This document shows positions 38,015-52,545 of a stretch of 64,000 nucleotides of DNA, piece after piece (positions within the stretch are counted from its first letter, which is position 1; the number at the start of each line of letters is the position of its first letter). The translations under genes were made by a program, and so were the position numbers. A model generated the notes under the pieces. The model did not search any database. It was given only the letters and a program-made list of their open reading frames with translations, and was not told where the DNA came from. Origin of the DNA: Squalus acanthias. Its lineage: Eukaryota. Where the stretch lies: NCBI GenBank assembly GCA_030390025.1, contig CM059431.1, positions 112,778,001 to 112,842,000 of the forward strand, in the 5' to 3' direction.

Positions 38015-38632
38015 TATCACTAACATTGCCCATCTCCGCCCTTTTCAACCCACCCACCTCTGAAATCCTGATCAATGTTTGTGTCGCCTTCAGGCTTGAC
38101 TATTCCAATGCTCTCTTGACCGGCCTCCTATCTTCCACCTGCACAAACTTGAGCTCATCCAAATCTCTCCTGCCTGTATCCTAACCCACACCAAGTCCCA
38201 CTCAACAACCTACACTGGTCCCCAGAGCACCAACACCTCCACTTTAAAATTCTCATCTGGGTGTTCAAATCCCTTCATGGCCTCGCCTCTCCCCATCTCT
38301 GTAACCTCCTCCAGCCCTAAAACCCTCCAAGAACGCTGTGTTTCTCCAACTCTGGCCTCGTACACATTTTCCCATTCCATTTGCCTCACCATTGGCTGCC
38401 GTGTCTTCAATCATATGGACCCTAAGCTCTGGAATTCCCTCCGCAAACCTCTCCACTTTGCTCTCCTCCTGTAAGACCTTCTTAAAACCTACCTCTTTGG
38501 CCAAGCTTTTAGTCGCCCCTCTTAATATTTTCTTCTTTGGTTCAGTGTCAATTTCTGTCTTATTACGCTTCGTGGAGTGTCTTGGGGCGTTTTCCTACAT
38601 TAAAGGCACTACAGAAATGCAAGTTGTTGTTG
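38015..38632 (+). mobile_element. L2 LINE 3' portion
   Basis: RLDYSNALL.GL, LWNSL; tail TAAAGGCACTACAGAAATGCAAGTTGTTGTTG. Confidence 0.85.
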
Positions 38633-38887
38633 CTGTACCATATCCTCTTCCTGATGTTCCCAAGCAGGAAAGAACTTCCATACTTTTGTTTTCCCAGAGG
38701 AAACAATCAATGCAAAATAGTTTAAAAAAATAAAACCACTAGTTTACATACACAATAGCAAATTCTGCATAATCTGGTACTGTCTCTCCTACTTCACTAC
38801 CTTGAAACATTCTCAGTAGATAAACTTGGCTACGGTATCAAGTGTGATCAGTTTTTGGAAACCTGTGGGCAATCTTAAGGACACTTA

Positions 38888-39722
38888 GAGTCATAACGGC
38901 ACAGAAGGAGGCCATTCAGCCCATCGAGTCCGTGCTGGCTCTCTGTAGAGCAATCCAGTCAGACCCATTCCCCCGCTCTGTCCCCGTAGCCCTGCAAGTT
39001 TATTTCCTTCAAGTGCCTATCCAGTCTCCCCTTGAAAACATTGAATGTCTCCACTTCCACCGGCAGCAAGTTCCACGTCACCACTCGCTGCGTAAAAAAG
39101 TTTTTCCTCACATCCCCCCTGTATCTCTTGCCCAAAACCTTAAATCTGTGTCCCCTAGTCCTTATACTATCAACTAGTGGGAACAGCCTTTCCCCGTCTA
39201 GCCTATCCAAACCCGTCATAATCTTGTATACCTCTTTCAAATCACCCCTCAACCTCCTTTGCTCTAATGAAAACAAATCCAGCTTCTCCAACCTGTCCTT
39301 GTAGCTAAGATTCCCCCATACCCAGAACCATTATGGTAAATCTCCTCTGCACCCACTCAAGGGCCTTCACATCCTTCCTAAAATGTGACGACCAGAACGG
39401 GACGCAATACTCCAGTTGTGGCCTAACCAGCGCTTTATAAAGATTCTGCATAGCTTCTCTACTTTTGTACTCGATACCTCTATTTATGAAACCCAAGATC
39501 CTATATGCTTTGCTAACCACTCTCTCAATATGTCCTGCCACCTTCAGGGATCTATGCACATTAACTGCCAGGTCCCTCTGTCCCTGCACACTCTTTAAAA
39601 CTGTGCCATTAAGTGTATATTGCCTCTCCCTGTTCCTTCTGCCAAAATGCATCACCTCACACTTCTCTATTAAATTCCATCTGCCACTTGTCTGCCCATT
39701 CTGCTAGCCTTTCTATGTCCTA
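38888..39722 (-). mobile_element. CR1 3' fragment, same subfamily as copy b
   Basis: Peptides nearly identical to 30693-31556 (RQYTLNGTVLKSVQGQRDL; GLDRLDGERLFPLVD). Confidence 0.9.
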
Positions 39723-39899
39723 TGATTGCGGCATTGGTATCGATTTATTACAACATGCACAGAAGACCTTTCCCCACTTAGATTCATGCATGGCATTTGC
39801 AGTGAAGAAACATACCCCTTAACATCTTCAGATGTAGGCTTTTAGATCAAGAAAATGGAGAATGAACCTACATATGAAACATCCAATTAATTCCTCATT

Positions 39900-40587
39900 G
39901 GGGTGGAAAATGCGGTCGGAGACTTGGCGCAGGCGAATGCCTCTGAACCGCAAGAAAACTCCGCACCTACCTGATCGCTCTGGACCGTCGAACATTTGCG
40001 CTCCTGGGCCGGCAGGCATACGCCTGCGTAAGGGCCCACATATCCCAGGGGCATAGGCGGTTTGCAAGCATCCCTGGGATCACGTGAGCCAGCCCAACCA
40101 ATGACAAAGGGGGACTCCAATTATGTTTATGGGGATTCCATTTATGTGCGGAACCCACATAAGCACAATAGGAATCCCCTTATATATACATTTTCACAAC
40201 ACTGAAATAAAAATAAATCGCAGGTTCAAAATTAATTTTAAAAACCCTTTAATTAGACATTTAAAATAAAAAATGTATTTTTTCAAAAATAAATTTAAAC
40301 ATTTTTAAATGGGACAAAAATAACCTAAAGTAATTTTAAATGTAAGGGAATGTTTAAATCATTAAAAAAAAAATTAACATTTATTTAAACCCTTACGCTG
40401 GTAAAAGGTGGCCTTATGGTATTCACTGGGCAGTAGCCCAACTCTGCGCCAGCGGATGTCAATTTCCAGCAGAAATTTGACAGATCACAAGTTCCGGGTT
40501 TTCACGCATGCGCATCGCATGCAGAAACCCAGGTCTTGTGGGGCACTTACGACGGCGTACGTTGTACGTATGCGGTAAATCTGGGCC
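39900..40587 (-). mobile_element. PIF/Harbinger-type MITE, family A
   Basis: Inverted homolog of 7616-8281; ATT on both flanks; degenerate TIRs. Confidence 0.8.
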
Positions 40588-43309
40588 ATTATAATCAATG
40601 CCATTTCACCATAAATGTACAACTTTTATGCAAACTTATCAGCATTTGATATATTAGTGTTGCAAAAATGTCACTCAAACTGAAAAATAATTTTAGGTTC
40701 TGAACTTGACAGACATTAATGACTTCAAATTATGTGGATTCACATGCCACTTATCAAACACCATTGTTTTTTTTTTACAAAAAACTATAGACAAGTGTGG
40801 CTACAAATGCTATTTGAGAACTATCAGAGCAGGCCTAGGAAGAGTGAAAGTACATAATTCTCAAATACTAACACTAGGATAAGAAACATTACAAGGATTA
40901 AAGGGATTTTTTTTTGAAACAAGTACACTTCACAGCAGGTAATTAGCATTGCTGCACTGTACATACCTGACCACTTGGAAAACCTAAACTATCATTGAAA
41001 TTAAACAGATTTCACTTTCTACACCTTTTAAAAAAAAAAGTTTCGCCATAGATTTTGAGACTCATTTCCTCTCTCCCCCATCACCCCCCAACCATCTATC
41101 TCTGTTCCCTGATGGGAATCAAGTAAATTGTTCTTCACACGAGTAAGCATAGAATGAAAAATGTCCCTTAGCTCATCAGGCCCATTCCTTCAACAGCTCA
41201 GATACAATATGCCTCATCATGGGCTCTGCACCAACCATTTAATCTCCCAAAATAAATTTCTGCATAAATACTCCCTCCCCAAGGGTAATGCCACGCTGTA
41301 ACTGGCAGCTACAAAAATACAAGTCACTCAGACCTCCCACTTCCACTATCTGAGGGAAACATCTTGTATTTCAAGACATCACCTCCTAACATCCAGATTA
41401 AGACTGCAGGCTCGCTATGCGGAAAATAACCCAAGACAAGAATCCACATCCTATACAAAATGGCATAATAACGCAAATATACTGGGGACAAGCAATTCAG
41501 AAAGCAAGCCTATCCTATAAATAAATAAATATCCTAAAATAAAGCATTTTAAATTAGAAAAACAGATCTACTTAAAACAAACAGTCTATGGCTTCTACCA
41601 CTAGCAATTTGACGATCAGTAAAAGTTGTACATGAAGCCTTAAAAAAATCCAAATGAATTTGCATTAGACTATTAACACTGGTTAGTCCAAAGTAGATAA
41701 CTGCACAATTAGATTACTGAACAATTAGATTAGCATCAATAAGAATGAAGGTATAATCCAGGAAACTATATACCAATTGGCTTATGCCAACTAAACCCGT
41801 CCCTCTAAGTACTATGCAACTGAAAATCTGCTCCTAATCACACATGATTTCATATAAACATTATCTAGTTGCCAAGAAATATGTTATGCTTCAATCAGAA
41901 TTTCTATAAACTACAAATAAAATAGTCAATTAACAAACCTTACATCACTGCCCATCTAATCATTCTTTCAGCAGAGCAAACTAAACAGAAAATATTTATC
42001 AGAAGGTATCCGAGTAAGCAGTTTAAGGGTGCAAGCATTTTAACTTGAACTTCAACCTGCAACAATTAAAGCCCAAATAAATCAGCCCTAATTGCACTTA
42101 TATTTCTTATGGAAAGAGTTATTCCTCCACCGCTCCCCCCCCCCAACCCCCCCCTGCCACTGTTGCCACATTGGTGGCTAAACCCTAATCAGAATACCAA
42201 GATAAATTAGTATTCACATTTTAAAATATGCAAATGAATGGCAACATGGAATTAAACCTTGTATGTGGCTCCCAAGGTGTCATGGTACCCATCCTTATGT
42301 GACCCACAAAGAAAAAATTGAAGATCTCTGCATTAAAGCCAAAATGGTATAAAGACACAAGAAGTTTGTGACCATAATGTCTTTAAAAGGAAAATTTCTG
42401 TATTTTTTATATGACCGGAAATAGACAGGGTAATGCTATTACTGTTTAAATTTTTTTTAAAAAGGTCCAGATGTGAACGGTCTCCCAGCTGCAGGCAGGC
42501 TTCCTTATCTGTAGATTATCCAGGATACAGTAATTTTGTTTGAAGAGATTAGGTGAAGCCATTGTCCCTGAAAGGACAGTAGGAATTTGAAGACCAGACA
42601 TTAAGTATTTTCTGTAATTCAGATGTCAAGAGCAAAATGAAGCCCCAGATAGCCAACAGCTGTTGTCCGCCTCATCTACTTAAAGATTAATAATAGTTAA
42701 TATCTTAATTATGTGATCATTGAAATGATCTGATCTTGGACAATGAAACCTGCCTTTAAAGTCCCAGAAAATTGTACATGAGCGATGGGATTTTCTTTAA
42801 CCTTTAACTTCCTGTCTCTCAGCCTATTCCTTGCAAGACAACTAAATAGAGCTGTAGTGGAGTCACCTTCCACGTAATATTTCAAAGATGAGAGAGTAAC
42901 CTGCTGCAAAAATACCAAGACTTTGGACCTTTTATTATTTTGCAACAGTTTACATCGCTTCTAGATATTTCAATGCTGGTCTCACTGTATTCTTATGTTT
43001 GTGAATTTTATTAGCTGTAAATAAATTTATTAGTTTTAGCCTGAACTTCACAATGTCACATTGTGATACTAACTGACCTTTGGAAGGGACAGCGAGGTGG
43101 TTGTGTAGTTTAAGTAACTGCAGCCGACTGGGTCTACAGCTGGCCTTTCCAATGTCAAGTCTTTAGCCATTGTATAAATGCAGTCTGAATTTAAGTGATA
43201 CAAAATCTGACCATTCAAGCTCAATAATCAGTTGGAGTATCCCTTGGAATGTACCAGTTTCCCAATCTAATAAGAAATATGTACTTCTCTGGAGAATCAA
43301 GGTATCAGC

Positions 43310-43700
43310 GGTCAGCATTTGGCAGCAGTGTCAACTCTGAGACAGAAGGTTGTGGGTTCAAGCCTCACTAGAAACTTCAGCACATAATCTAGGATGACAC
43401 TTCACAGAAGTACTGAGGGAGTGCTACACTGTTGGAGTAAACCACCTGCCCTCACAGGTGAACATTAAAGATCCCATGGCACTATTCGGTAGCCTGGCCA
43501 ATATTTATCTCTCAACCAGCATCCCTAAGGAACAGATTATGCAGTCATTAATCTTACTGGCGAGTGGAATTTTGCGTGCAAATTGGATACTGTCTTTTCC
43601 TACGTACAGTGACTATACATCAAAAAGTACTTCATTCGCTATGATGCACTTCAGTACATCCTGAGGCAGTGAAAAGCACCAACTTAATGCAAGTTTGTTC
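43310..43700 (+). mobile_element. Deu-domain SINE (SacSINE1-like), old
   Basis: GGTTCAAGCC B box, TAAAGATCCCATGGCACTATT core, L2-like tail. Confidence 0.7.
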
Positions 43701-43719
43701 TTGCTTATCCATCTGACCC

Positions 43720-43970
43720 ATCACGAAGCACTGGGTCTCTTTTGAAACCAACTATGCAACTTAGAAAACACTCCAGCCCAGAAGGATTTGCTGCATTTCC
43801 TTTGAAATACGTTCATCTTCCAAACAATATAGATGATCACTTTGAGAAAAGTTATTGGGCTTGGCAACTTAGCTTCACCAAATAATTCGGTGTCAGGAAT
43901 TATATCGTCCCAGTTGATATTTAGAATACCGGGAAGGCAGCAGTTGTGGAAAGAGGTTAGCCTTATCTGG
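43720..43970 (-). mobile_element. Old RTE LINE remnant
   Basis: RLTSFHNCCLPGILNINWDDIIPDTELF resembles the RTE C-terminal L..FH..CLR.IL.I.W.D.I.N.E motif. Confidence 0.6.
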
Positions 43971-43974
43971 ACCC

Positions 43975-46418
43975 CATAACCTGGACCCCAGTGGCGGCAA
44001 CAGAAACAATGCCGCAGGAAAATCAACGCTGGAGCACTCAAAGACCCCGCTAAGAAAGCCCTATTCAGCCTGCACCTCACAAACAACCTGACGACTCCCA
44101 GTGATGCAGAGACACAGTGTCCACAGCGCCTGGTCTGCACTCAAGGCCTCCATAATCAGCACCCGTGAAGAGACGCTCGGTCACTCGACCAGGAAACACC
44201 AAGACTGGTTCGATGAGAACGACCAGGAGATCCAGGAGCTAATAAGCCGCAAGCGCAAGGCATTCCTGATCTGGAAATAGCAACACAACTCGAGAGCAAG
44301 AAAGCAGCTCTATAGACGCCTGAAGGCCGAGGTCCAACAAAAAACTAGCGACCTAAAGAACAGATGGTGGGTGGAGAAAGCGCAGGAGATCCAGCAGCTA
44401 GCCGACAACCACGATGTGCGTGGATTCTTTAGCGCAGTCAAGGCCGCCTACGGCCCAAGCACATAAGGTCCTACCCCACTGCGGGCCAAGAACGGAGAAG
44501 TACTCATCAAGGACAGGGAGGCAGTCAGTGCCCGCTGGAAGGAGCACTTCGAAGATCTCCTTAACCGAGACTCTGTCTTCGACGCGAGTGTCCTCAACTC
44601 CATCCCGCAGCATGCTACCCGCCACCATCTCAGCACAACCCCAGCCCGGCATGAGGTTGAAAAGGCCATCCGACAACTGAAGAACAACAAGGCCAAAGGA
44701 GCAGATGGAATCCCTGCCGAGGCGCTAAAGCACGGCGGAGAAGCACTACTGGCGCGAATTCATTACCTCATTTCTCTTATCTGGAAGGAGGAGAACATGC
44801 CAGGGGATCTCAGATGCCGTAATTGTGACCATCTTCAAGAAAGGTGACAAGTCCGATTGCGGTAATTACAGAGGTCTGCCACAGGGAAAGTCATCGCAAG
44901 AATCCCCCTCAATCGCCTTCTCCCAGTGGCCGAAGAGCTCCTCCCAGAGTCGCAATGCGGATTCCGCCCACTAAGGGGCACAATGGACATGATCTTCACC
45001 TTGCGCCAATTACAAGAGAAATGCAGGGAACAGCGCCAACCACTGTACATGGCCTTCTTTGACCTCACAAAGGCTTTTGATACTGTCAACCGTGAGGGAT
45101 TATGGAGTGTCCTCCTCAAATTCGGCTGCCCTCAAAAGTTTGTCACCATCCTCCGCCTGCTTCACGACGACATGCAAGCTGTGATCCTGACCAACGGTTC
45201 CACCACAGACCCAATTCATGTACGGACCGGGGTCAAGCAAGGCTGTGTCATCACACCAACGCTCTTCTCGATCTTCCTTGCGGCAATGCTCCATCTCACT
45301 CTCAGTAAGCTTCCCGCTGGAATGGAGCTAATTTACAGAACAAACGGGAAACTGTTCAACCTCCGTCGCCTCCAGTCCAGAGCCAAGGTCGTCCCATCCT
45401 CTGTCGTCGAATTACAGTATGCAGACGACGCTGGCCTCTGCGCACACTGAGGTCGAACTCCAAACCTTCGTTAACATCTTCACCGAAGCGTACGAGAGCA
45501 TGGGCCGTACACTAAACATCCGTAAGGCAAAGGTCCTCCACCAACCTGCCCCCGCCACACAGTACTGCCCCCCGATTATCAAAATCCATGACAAGGCCTT
45601 GGACAACTTGGACCACTTTCCATACCTCGGGAGCCTACTGTCAACAAGGGCAGACGTCGATGACGAAGTCCAACACCGCCTTCAGTGTGCCAGTGCAGCC
45701 TTCGGTCGCCTGAGGAAGAGAGTGTGTTTGAAGACCAGGACCTCAAACCCGGCACCAAGCTCATGGTCTACAGAGCAGTAGTAATACCCGCCCTCCTGTA
45801 TGCCTCAGAGACATGGACCATGCACAGCAGGCACCTCAAAGCACTGGAGAGGTACCACCAACGCTGCCTCCGCAAGATCCTGCAAAACCATTGGCAGGAT
45901 AGGCGCACCAACGTCAGTTTTCTCGCTCAGGCCAACATCCCCAGCATCGAAGCTTTGACCACGCTCGATCAGCTTCGATGGACGGGTCACATCGTCTGCA
46001 CGCCCGATACGAGACTCCCAAAACAAGCGCTCTACTCGGAGCTCCGACACGGCAAGAGAGCCCCAGGTAGGCAGAGGAAACACTTCAAGGACACCCTCAA
46101 AGCCCCCTTGAAAAAGTGCAACATCCCCACCGACACTTGGGAATCCCTGGCCCAAGACCGTACAAAGTGGAGGAGAAGCATCCGGGAAGGCGCCGAATAC
46201 CTCGAGTCTCTTCGCTGGGAGCAAGCGGAAGCCAAGCGCAAACAACGGAAGGAGAGCATGTCAACCCAAGCACCCCACCCACCCGTTCAACCACCGTCTG
46301 CCCCACCTGTGACAGAGACTGTAGGTTCCGCACTGGACTCATCAGTCACCTGAGAACTCATTTTTAATGTGGAAGCAAGTCATCTTCGGTTCCGAGGGAC
46401 TGCCTAAGAAGAGAAGAA
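43975..46418 (+). mobile_element. RTE (BovB-like) LINE, 5'-truncated, few disablements
   Basis: LLPESQCGFR, FFDLTKAFDTV, TGVKQGCVI.P, LQYADD, YHQRCLRKIL, C-terminal CPTC..GLISHLRTH; GAA-rich tail. Confidence 0.93.
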
Positions 46419-46954
46419 CGAATGACCCTGCATTAGCGGCAGTTGGAAATTTTCTCCACTGATGAATAAAATAGTCTCCCAGCAAACTCAAGACCCACTG
46501 AAAAGATGCCCGTATGGAGTCAAAACAGTATGATAAGCCAGTGATCTACAGGTAGGTACCAATCATTTAAAGGCCAACGCAATCACTGCGAGCTTGCAGG
46601 GGTGAACCATGCTCTAGCAGCAGGCAAAGCGCTTGATGAGGGGTTCTACAAGTCCAATGTGAAAGTACACATCCTTGAACAGCCCAGCCACCAGCCAATC
46701 TTCCTGAATTAGCTACAGTAATGTCATCTTCAGATTTTCCTTCAGAATAAAAGGAGTTCAAGGTAGGTCCATGATGGGTTGGGATTCTTCTGTCCTTGTT
46801 GACTATAAAGCAGCGTGCAGAGCCCAGAGTTTTCCTTCTTAACTGTGCTTCCTTTAGACAGAAAAAAAAGCTCTACACACATTGCTGCCCTCTAGAGCTT
46901 GCCAACTAATTATGGGAGTCCAGGTAGCAACTGTCAGCAGGCTCATCAACTAAT

Positions 46955-48070
46955 ACATAGAAGTATACAGAAATTACAACATGGAAACAGGCCATTTAAA
47001 CCATCCAGTACATGTTGGTGCTCATCCTCCACACGAGTAGTGCTAATCCCACATGCCCACCCCGTTTTCATAACCCTTTAATCCCCCTTTCCTTTAACCA
47101 CCTATCTAACCTTAAATGCTGACATGGGGGTAATTTCAACCTAACTCGCCGGATGGGAAACCCACGGGATCGGACATCGATGGAGAGCAAAATCAGGTGG
47201 GGTGTAAAACCAGCGTTGCAACTGATCCCATCAGTTTCCCGACAGGCACAGGTTAGGTTAAAATTGGCCCCAAGGTCTCTGCTTCAATCACCAACTCCAG
47301 TAGCGAATTCCACACCTTCACAACCCTCTAAAAAGTTTCTTCTGCTCTATCCTAAATCTCTTACATTTACTCATATCTATGTCCTCTCATTCGAGATCCC
47401 TCAACCACTGGAAACAGTCTGTTTCTATTTTATTTGTCCATTTGCTACATAATTTTGAACACCTCTATCAAATCACCCTGTAATCTCCCTTGTTCTAATG
47501 AAAACAGCTCCAATTTTTCTTTGCATTTCCTCATAGCAGGCAGTATCCTAATGAATCTACATTGCACCCTCTCTGTTGCCTCAATATCCTTTCTATAGCG
47601 TAGAACCCAAAACTACACACAACACTTCAATTGTGGTCTTACTAAGGTTCCCATCATTACATCTCGACTTTTATGTTCTATACTGCTTACCATAAAACCC
47701 AGTGTTCCATTAGCTATTTTTGTGGCTAATCCACTTGAGGTCTGCTTTCAATGTCTTGTGAACCTGAACCCCCAAATCCCTCTGCTCTTTCACATCACCC
47801 AGCTTTCCCCCATTCAAACTAAACTATAATTACTACTTAACCAAATTGTGCCACCTCACATTAATAGACCATCTGCCATGGTTTTGCCATTCCACCATCT
47901 TATCACTATTCCCTTGCAGTTTCGTTTGGTCCTCAGAATTATTTACTGTGCCTATTTTAGTATCATCTATAAATATGGACACCTATCCTTCTAGCCCTAC
48001 ATTGATGTACACAGTGAGTAGAAGCAGTCCCAGGACAGAGCCTGTGGACACCGCTTCCCACTTCTAGCAA
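46955..48070 (-). mobile_element. Old CR1 3' portion
   Basis: Collinear with the CR1 3' ends at 21.2-22.3 kb and 38.9-39.7 kb but more diverged. Confidence 0.7.
47126..47271. mobile_element. ~145-bp hairpin MITE (Harbinger-like ends) inside old CR1
   Basis: GGGGGTAATTTCAACCTAAC / GTTAGGTTAAAATTGGCCCC TIRs, internal GGGAAAC..GGGATC / GATCCC..GTTTCCC symmetry. Confidence 0.75.
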
Positions 48071-51000
48071 TCTATTGCAGAAGTGCTCAATTCTATTCTA
48101 CCCTGATATCAAACCTACTTCTAACAGGGATCACTAGAAAGTGGTCAGAGGTGGAAATGCTGGCCAATTTTTCCTCATTGCAATTCAGGGTACTATTTTT
48201 AACTTCCTCACTGGCAGCCTGACTAATTGGCTAACTCAGAACACCAAAAATATTGGTTACTGTGGTCAATGGAGCTCAGTGCAGTAAAAGGAGAACTCTA
48301 AAACCAAAAAGAAATATAATAAATGTTACATGTATATTAAAAAGTTATTGCTCTACAGGAGAAACATGGGCATTCCTAAAATTTCAAGTAGAACTCAAAC
48401 ACACAAGACTGCTCTACACCTAACCTGGTTTGACCCTTTTCCAACTGGCAGAGATAATATACATACATAATACAGCTAGACTGAGGGGGGAGAGCGGCAG
48501 GCATATTCAAAGAAATGTCACATCACGCTTCTGTTTCCCAAGCAGGGAATCACCAGGAACACTGCTGCTTTGATCAAAAGGACTGCAGCAGTGTGGGCTT
48601 TTGATAAATTATAAAGCCTTATTTTTAACTGTTTCTTTTCTGGCATCATGTCAAATGGGAAATACAAGTCTGCCAAAATAAAAATGAAACTATATAGATC
48701 TCTGGCTACAGCCTTCTGTAAAACAGACTTGGTTCTAATGCTGGATAGTTAAAAAAATATATATAAATCAGTGTCTTGAACTTATAGTTTGTTCATACCT
48801 ATTGTATTATTTGATCTAAGTGAACCATAATTGTAATGAATATTAATAATGTAGTTCAATTCTCAGTAAAGCTGAGTGAACTCAGTGAAACTGCAATGAT
48901 GTGTTTCATCACCTACTGATATCGCAAAGCACAGGGCATGATTCAACATTATATAAAAACACAGAATACACTATTTAAAATAAAATCTGAAACTATGCTA
49001 GTAGGTAATAACTATGCAACACAAAAAATCTCCATCTAAACATGCATCCTGCATAAAATCAAGGAAGGTTTCCCATTGTATTTTAGCATTACACACTTCC
49101 ATATCAAGAATAAGCGATCACGCCTTAAAAATTAGTACACTTGAATTTTGAATCACATCCCCAATGCTGATTGCTCTTAAGGAACTGAGGTGCAGAATCT
49201 CCAATCCATGCAGACTGGCTCTGCTAGTCCTCCATGTTTTTCGTTTGGTGCAAAGTATAATAAACCCAATATTAACTACAGTTAGAAGCAAGATGGTAAA
49301 CCATCAGTTGTCCCGGTTAAATCTACAACACCCTTGACTTCATGGCTCGTAACATCTCATTCGAGGGCCTCAGCGCAATAATTTCCTACTTTAAATTTGC
49401 AAACAAAATGTTTTAAAGTAGCATTTAAAAACACAAGATTCTTGTTTCATTGCAATATTATCCGTGTTTTGTCACATTATGATCCTATCAGTAGCTAATA
49501 ATGACCTAGCAATAGGATCAACAAACCTCTATCATGTAATGAGCACTAAATTTCATAAAAAAGCAATTCGGAACAATGACTTTATCCATTGCTTACTGTT
49601 GTGAAATAGGATTCCAATGTCAATCACCTGGCCATACAGAGTACACTTGATAGCAATCAAATGGGAGCAGAAAGCCTATTCTACTGAATTTTCAAATAAT
49701 ACTGAATGTTGTAAAGCTATTTAATCCCAAATGTAAAAGATATTAGAATTCTGTGTTACCATATTCACTGCTAAGTAGATACACCCTGGAAATAGACGCA
49801 ACAACACACTGGCCAGTTCTTCAAAATATGAAGGTCCATTTCACAACACTGCAAATGAGACCCTGGCTCATGGAGTTTTCAGTAATGTCATATAAAGGGA
49901 GCGAACGTATCTAAATATTAAAAAAAAAAGACAAATCTCTTTTTACAACAACTCCTGCATAGTGGTCTAATGGCCGCATATGTATCTGGGTAACAATCTA
50001 TAAACTGGTGTAGCCTGGTCGAATAGCACAGCACAGCGCTCTGCAGTGCCAACACTCAGCAGCTTGGGACGGTTGCTTGATTAGCCACTCCATTCAGTTT
50101 CTAGTTTTAGCCACTCTATTGTAGACAGGACTGAGCAGAAACCAGGATCCCAAATAGTGGAAGAGAGAAATATCAAATGGAGAGTCTCAGAGATAACTCT
50201 TGCACACCTCTTAACAACCCAAGAGCATGATTAGAAAAGAAGATGCAAACAGGCTACCACCTACAGAGGCACGCAAATTTATAAGAGGGTAACACTGTCC
50301 AACAAAATATAATCTGAGCATCCGGATTTCATTCAACATGAAGTTCACATTTGCATTTAATGAAGTAGCAACAATTTTAGTGAATATGATCCTATGGAGT
50401 TCTGCAACTTCACAAAAATCCTTAAATAATCAACGACAAAATCAATTTCTAAAACCCTATTATTACTGTTCTAACCCAGAACCCCTCAGCATTAGAACCC
50501 ATCTATGAGTAGCAACAGACCTGATAACGTTGTCACTTCTCACGCAGTTACAAATTAATGTTTGAATTCTGGACTAACCATTGCTTTATCTTATTAAGGT
50601 GTTAATTGTGTTTCGTGTGGAGGTATCACTAGCACAGTTGCAGTTCCTGCATCACAGTTCCGAATATGCAACCATCCCATTTTCTGAGTTAGATACAAAA
50701 TATCTGCCATAGTACAAAAATTGAGAACAGTAAATTTCAATCTTTGACTATATTTTTTATGTATGGTTTGTTAACTGCAGTATTTTTATTTAAATTTGCA
50801 GTTAAGATTGAAATATTAATGATCTTACAAAAGAAGTTAAAGGACATTTCAAAAGCCTAAACCATTTAGGGAAAAATCCCACAGTACAAAAATTAAATGG
50901 TTCCATGCGTGTGCAGCAGACTTTCCAAACAGGTATTTCAATTTCTTGTGTTCAAGGTGAGGTTATGCTAGATAATTAATCCAATGACAGCTTCAAGCAT

Positions 51001-52319
51001 TCCATTCCATAACGAACACCTTTAATCACACCAGCACGAAACTTTTCCACTTCCCACACCAACCATATTGCAGTCAGAGACTGCCAATTCAGTGTGAATT
51101 GGTGCCAGATTGTTTTTTTCTGTGCCGTTGCCCAGCCATGTGCCCTGGGAACTGATTGAGCCTGCCCTTATTTCATGTCGGACCCTTAGAAGGTGAAATG
51201 CAAGTATCTAACCTACCGCAACATTCTGTCCTCATGTATTTTGTTATTCTTTGTTACTCAACTTATAGCCAAGGCAAAATAATGGATAGAATCCCCAAAA
51301 TTTGACTTATTCACTTTAAGTCTGTGGCCCTCCTTATAGTTCTTTAAAAGTGTGTAACAAAATTTGTATAACATGTCACTAAAATTATAAAGGCTCTTAC
51401 TAAAACAAAATGTATTCCAAGTACACAGAGAATTACCCAATCTCAACTAATTTTAATGGGAGCCTGTAGTAAATTGGAAACTACTTTGTGGCATCAACAC
51501 ATGCTATACAGCTTGGTCACTAGACCCTCAAGCTTGCTCTCCAAGACCGTAAGCACTTTATCAACAATTATCTACTGCAATAGATATTGTGGATAACGAA
51601 ATACCACAAAATCAGGTTTTTAAAAATCCCTACGGCACCCCAATAACCAGCAGGCACAGTAATATCTCAAATTCATCTAATTAGTAGTATGTCATGCAAA
51701 TTACATACAGGCAAGATAAAAATGAGGCAACACATTAATTCATGCCCTAAAATTAGTCACCCAAGTGCTGACAGTTCAAATATTTTCCTAATCTGAATGA
51801 TGTGAAGCTTGAACCTTAACTAAGATTTTTAAGTATAGATGAATCCTTGGTGCTATGCTCAGTTAGATGTTCCTCTATAAAGAGAATGTGATTTTGTCCA
51901 ATAATGAACGTTAAGTTATAAATTAACCATATCTTCAAAGATTTTGCATTTTAAATTAACTATTCTCTAGATTTTTTAATGTATTGGTGGATCTATTTAT
52001 ATTTCAGTGATTTCAGTTCATTTGGTAGCTGGTATCCAACGTTTCTGGAAAAATGGACTATTCTAAGGCTTGCATATAAAACTATTAAGTTATTAACCTA
52101 TTGAGCAAAAGTTGATAAAAATAATTTTAGCCTGATTTTACCTATTACTTAGCACCGTATGAATAACACCTATTAAAATAAATTTCAAGTGTTATAGCCA
52201 ATGTACCTGTAGCACATACAAGGTCAGGTTATCATTTTTCCATGATGTTTTGTATACAGATTACAATACTTTTCTATTGCATAATTATAAAAATGAAAGC
52301 CACAACAGTATTCAGTAGG

Positions 52320-52545
52320 CTCTAAGCTTTGGAATTCTCTGCCTAAACCTCTCCACCTCGCGACCTCTCTTTCCTCCTTTAAGACGCTCCTTAAAACCTA
52401 CCTCTTTGACCAAGCTTTTGGTCACCTGCCCTAATTTCTCCTTATGTGGCTCGGTGTCAAATTTTTGTGTCTTTTAATACTCCTGTGAAGTGCCTTGGGA
52501 CTTTTTACTACGTTAAAGGCGCTATATAAATACAAGTTGTTGTAT
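52320..52545 (+). mobile_element. L2 3' end
   Basis: Matches 36675-36820 in reverse; tail TAAAGGCGCTATATAAATACAAGTTGTTG. Confidence 0.85.
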
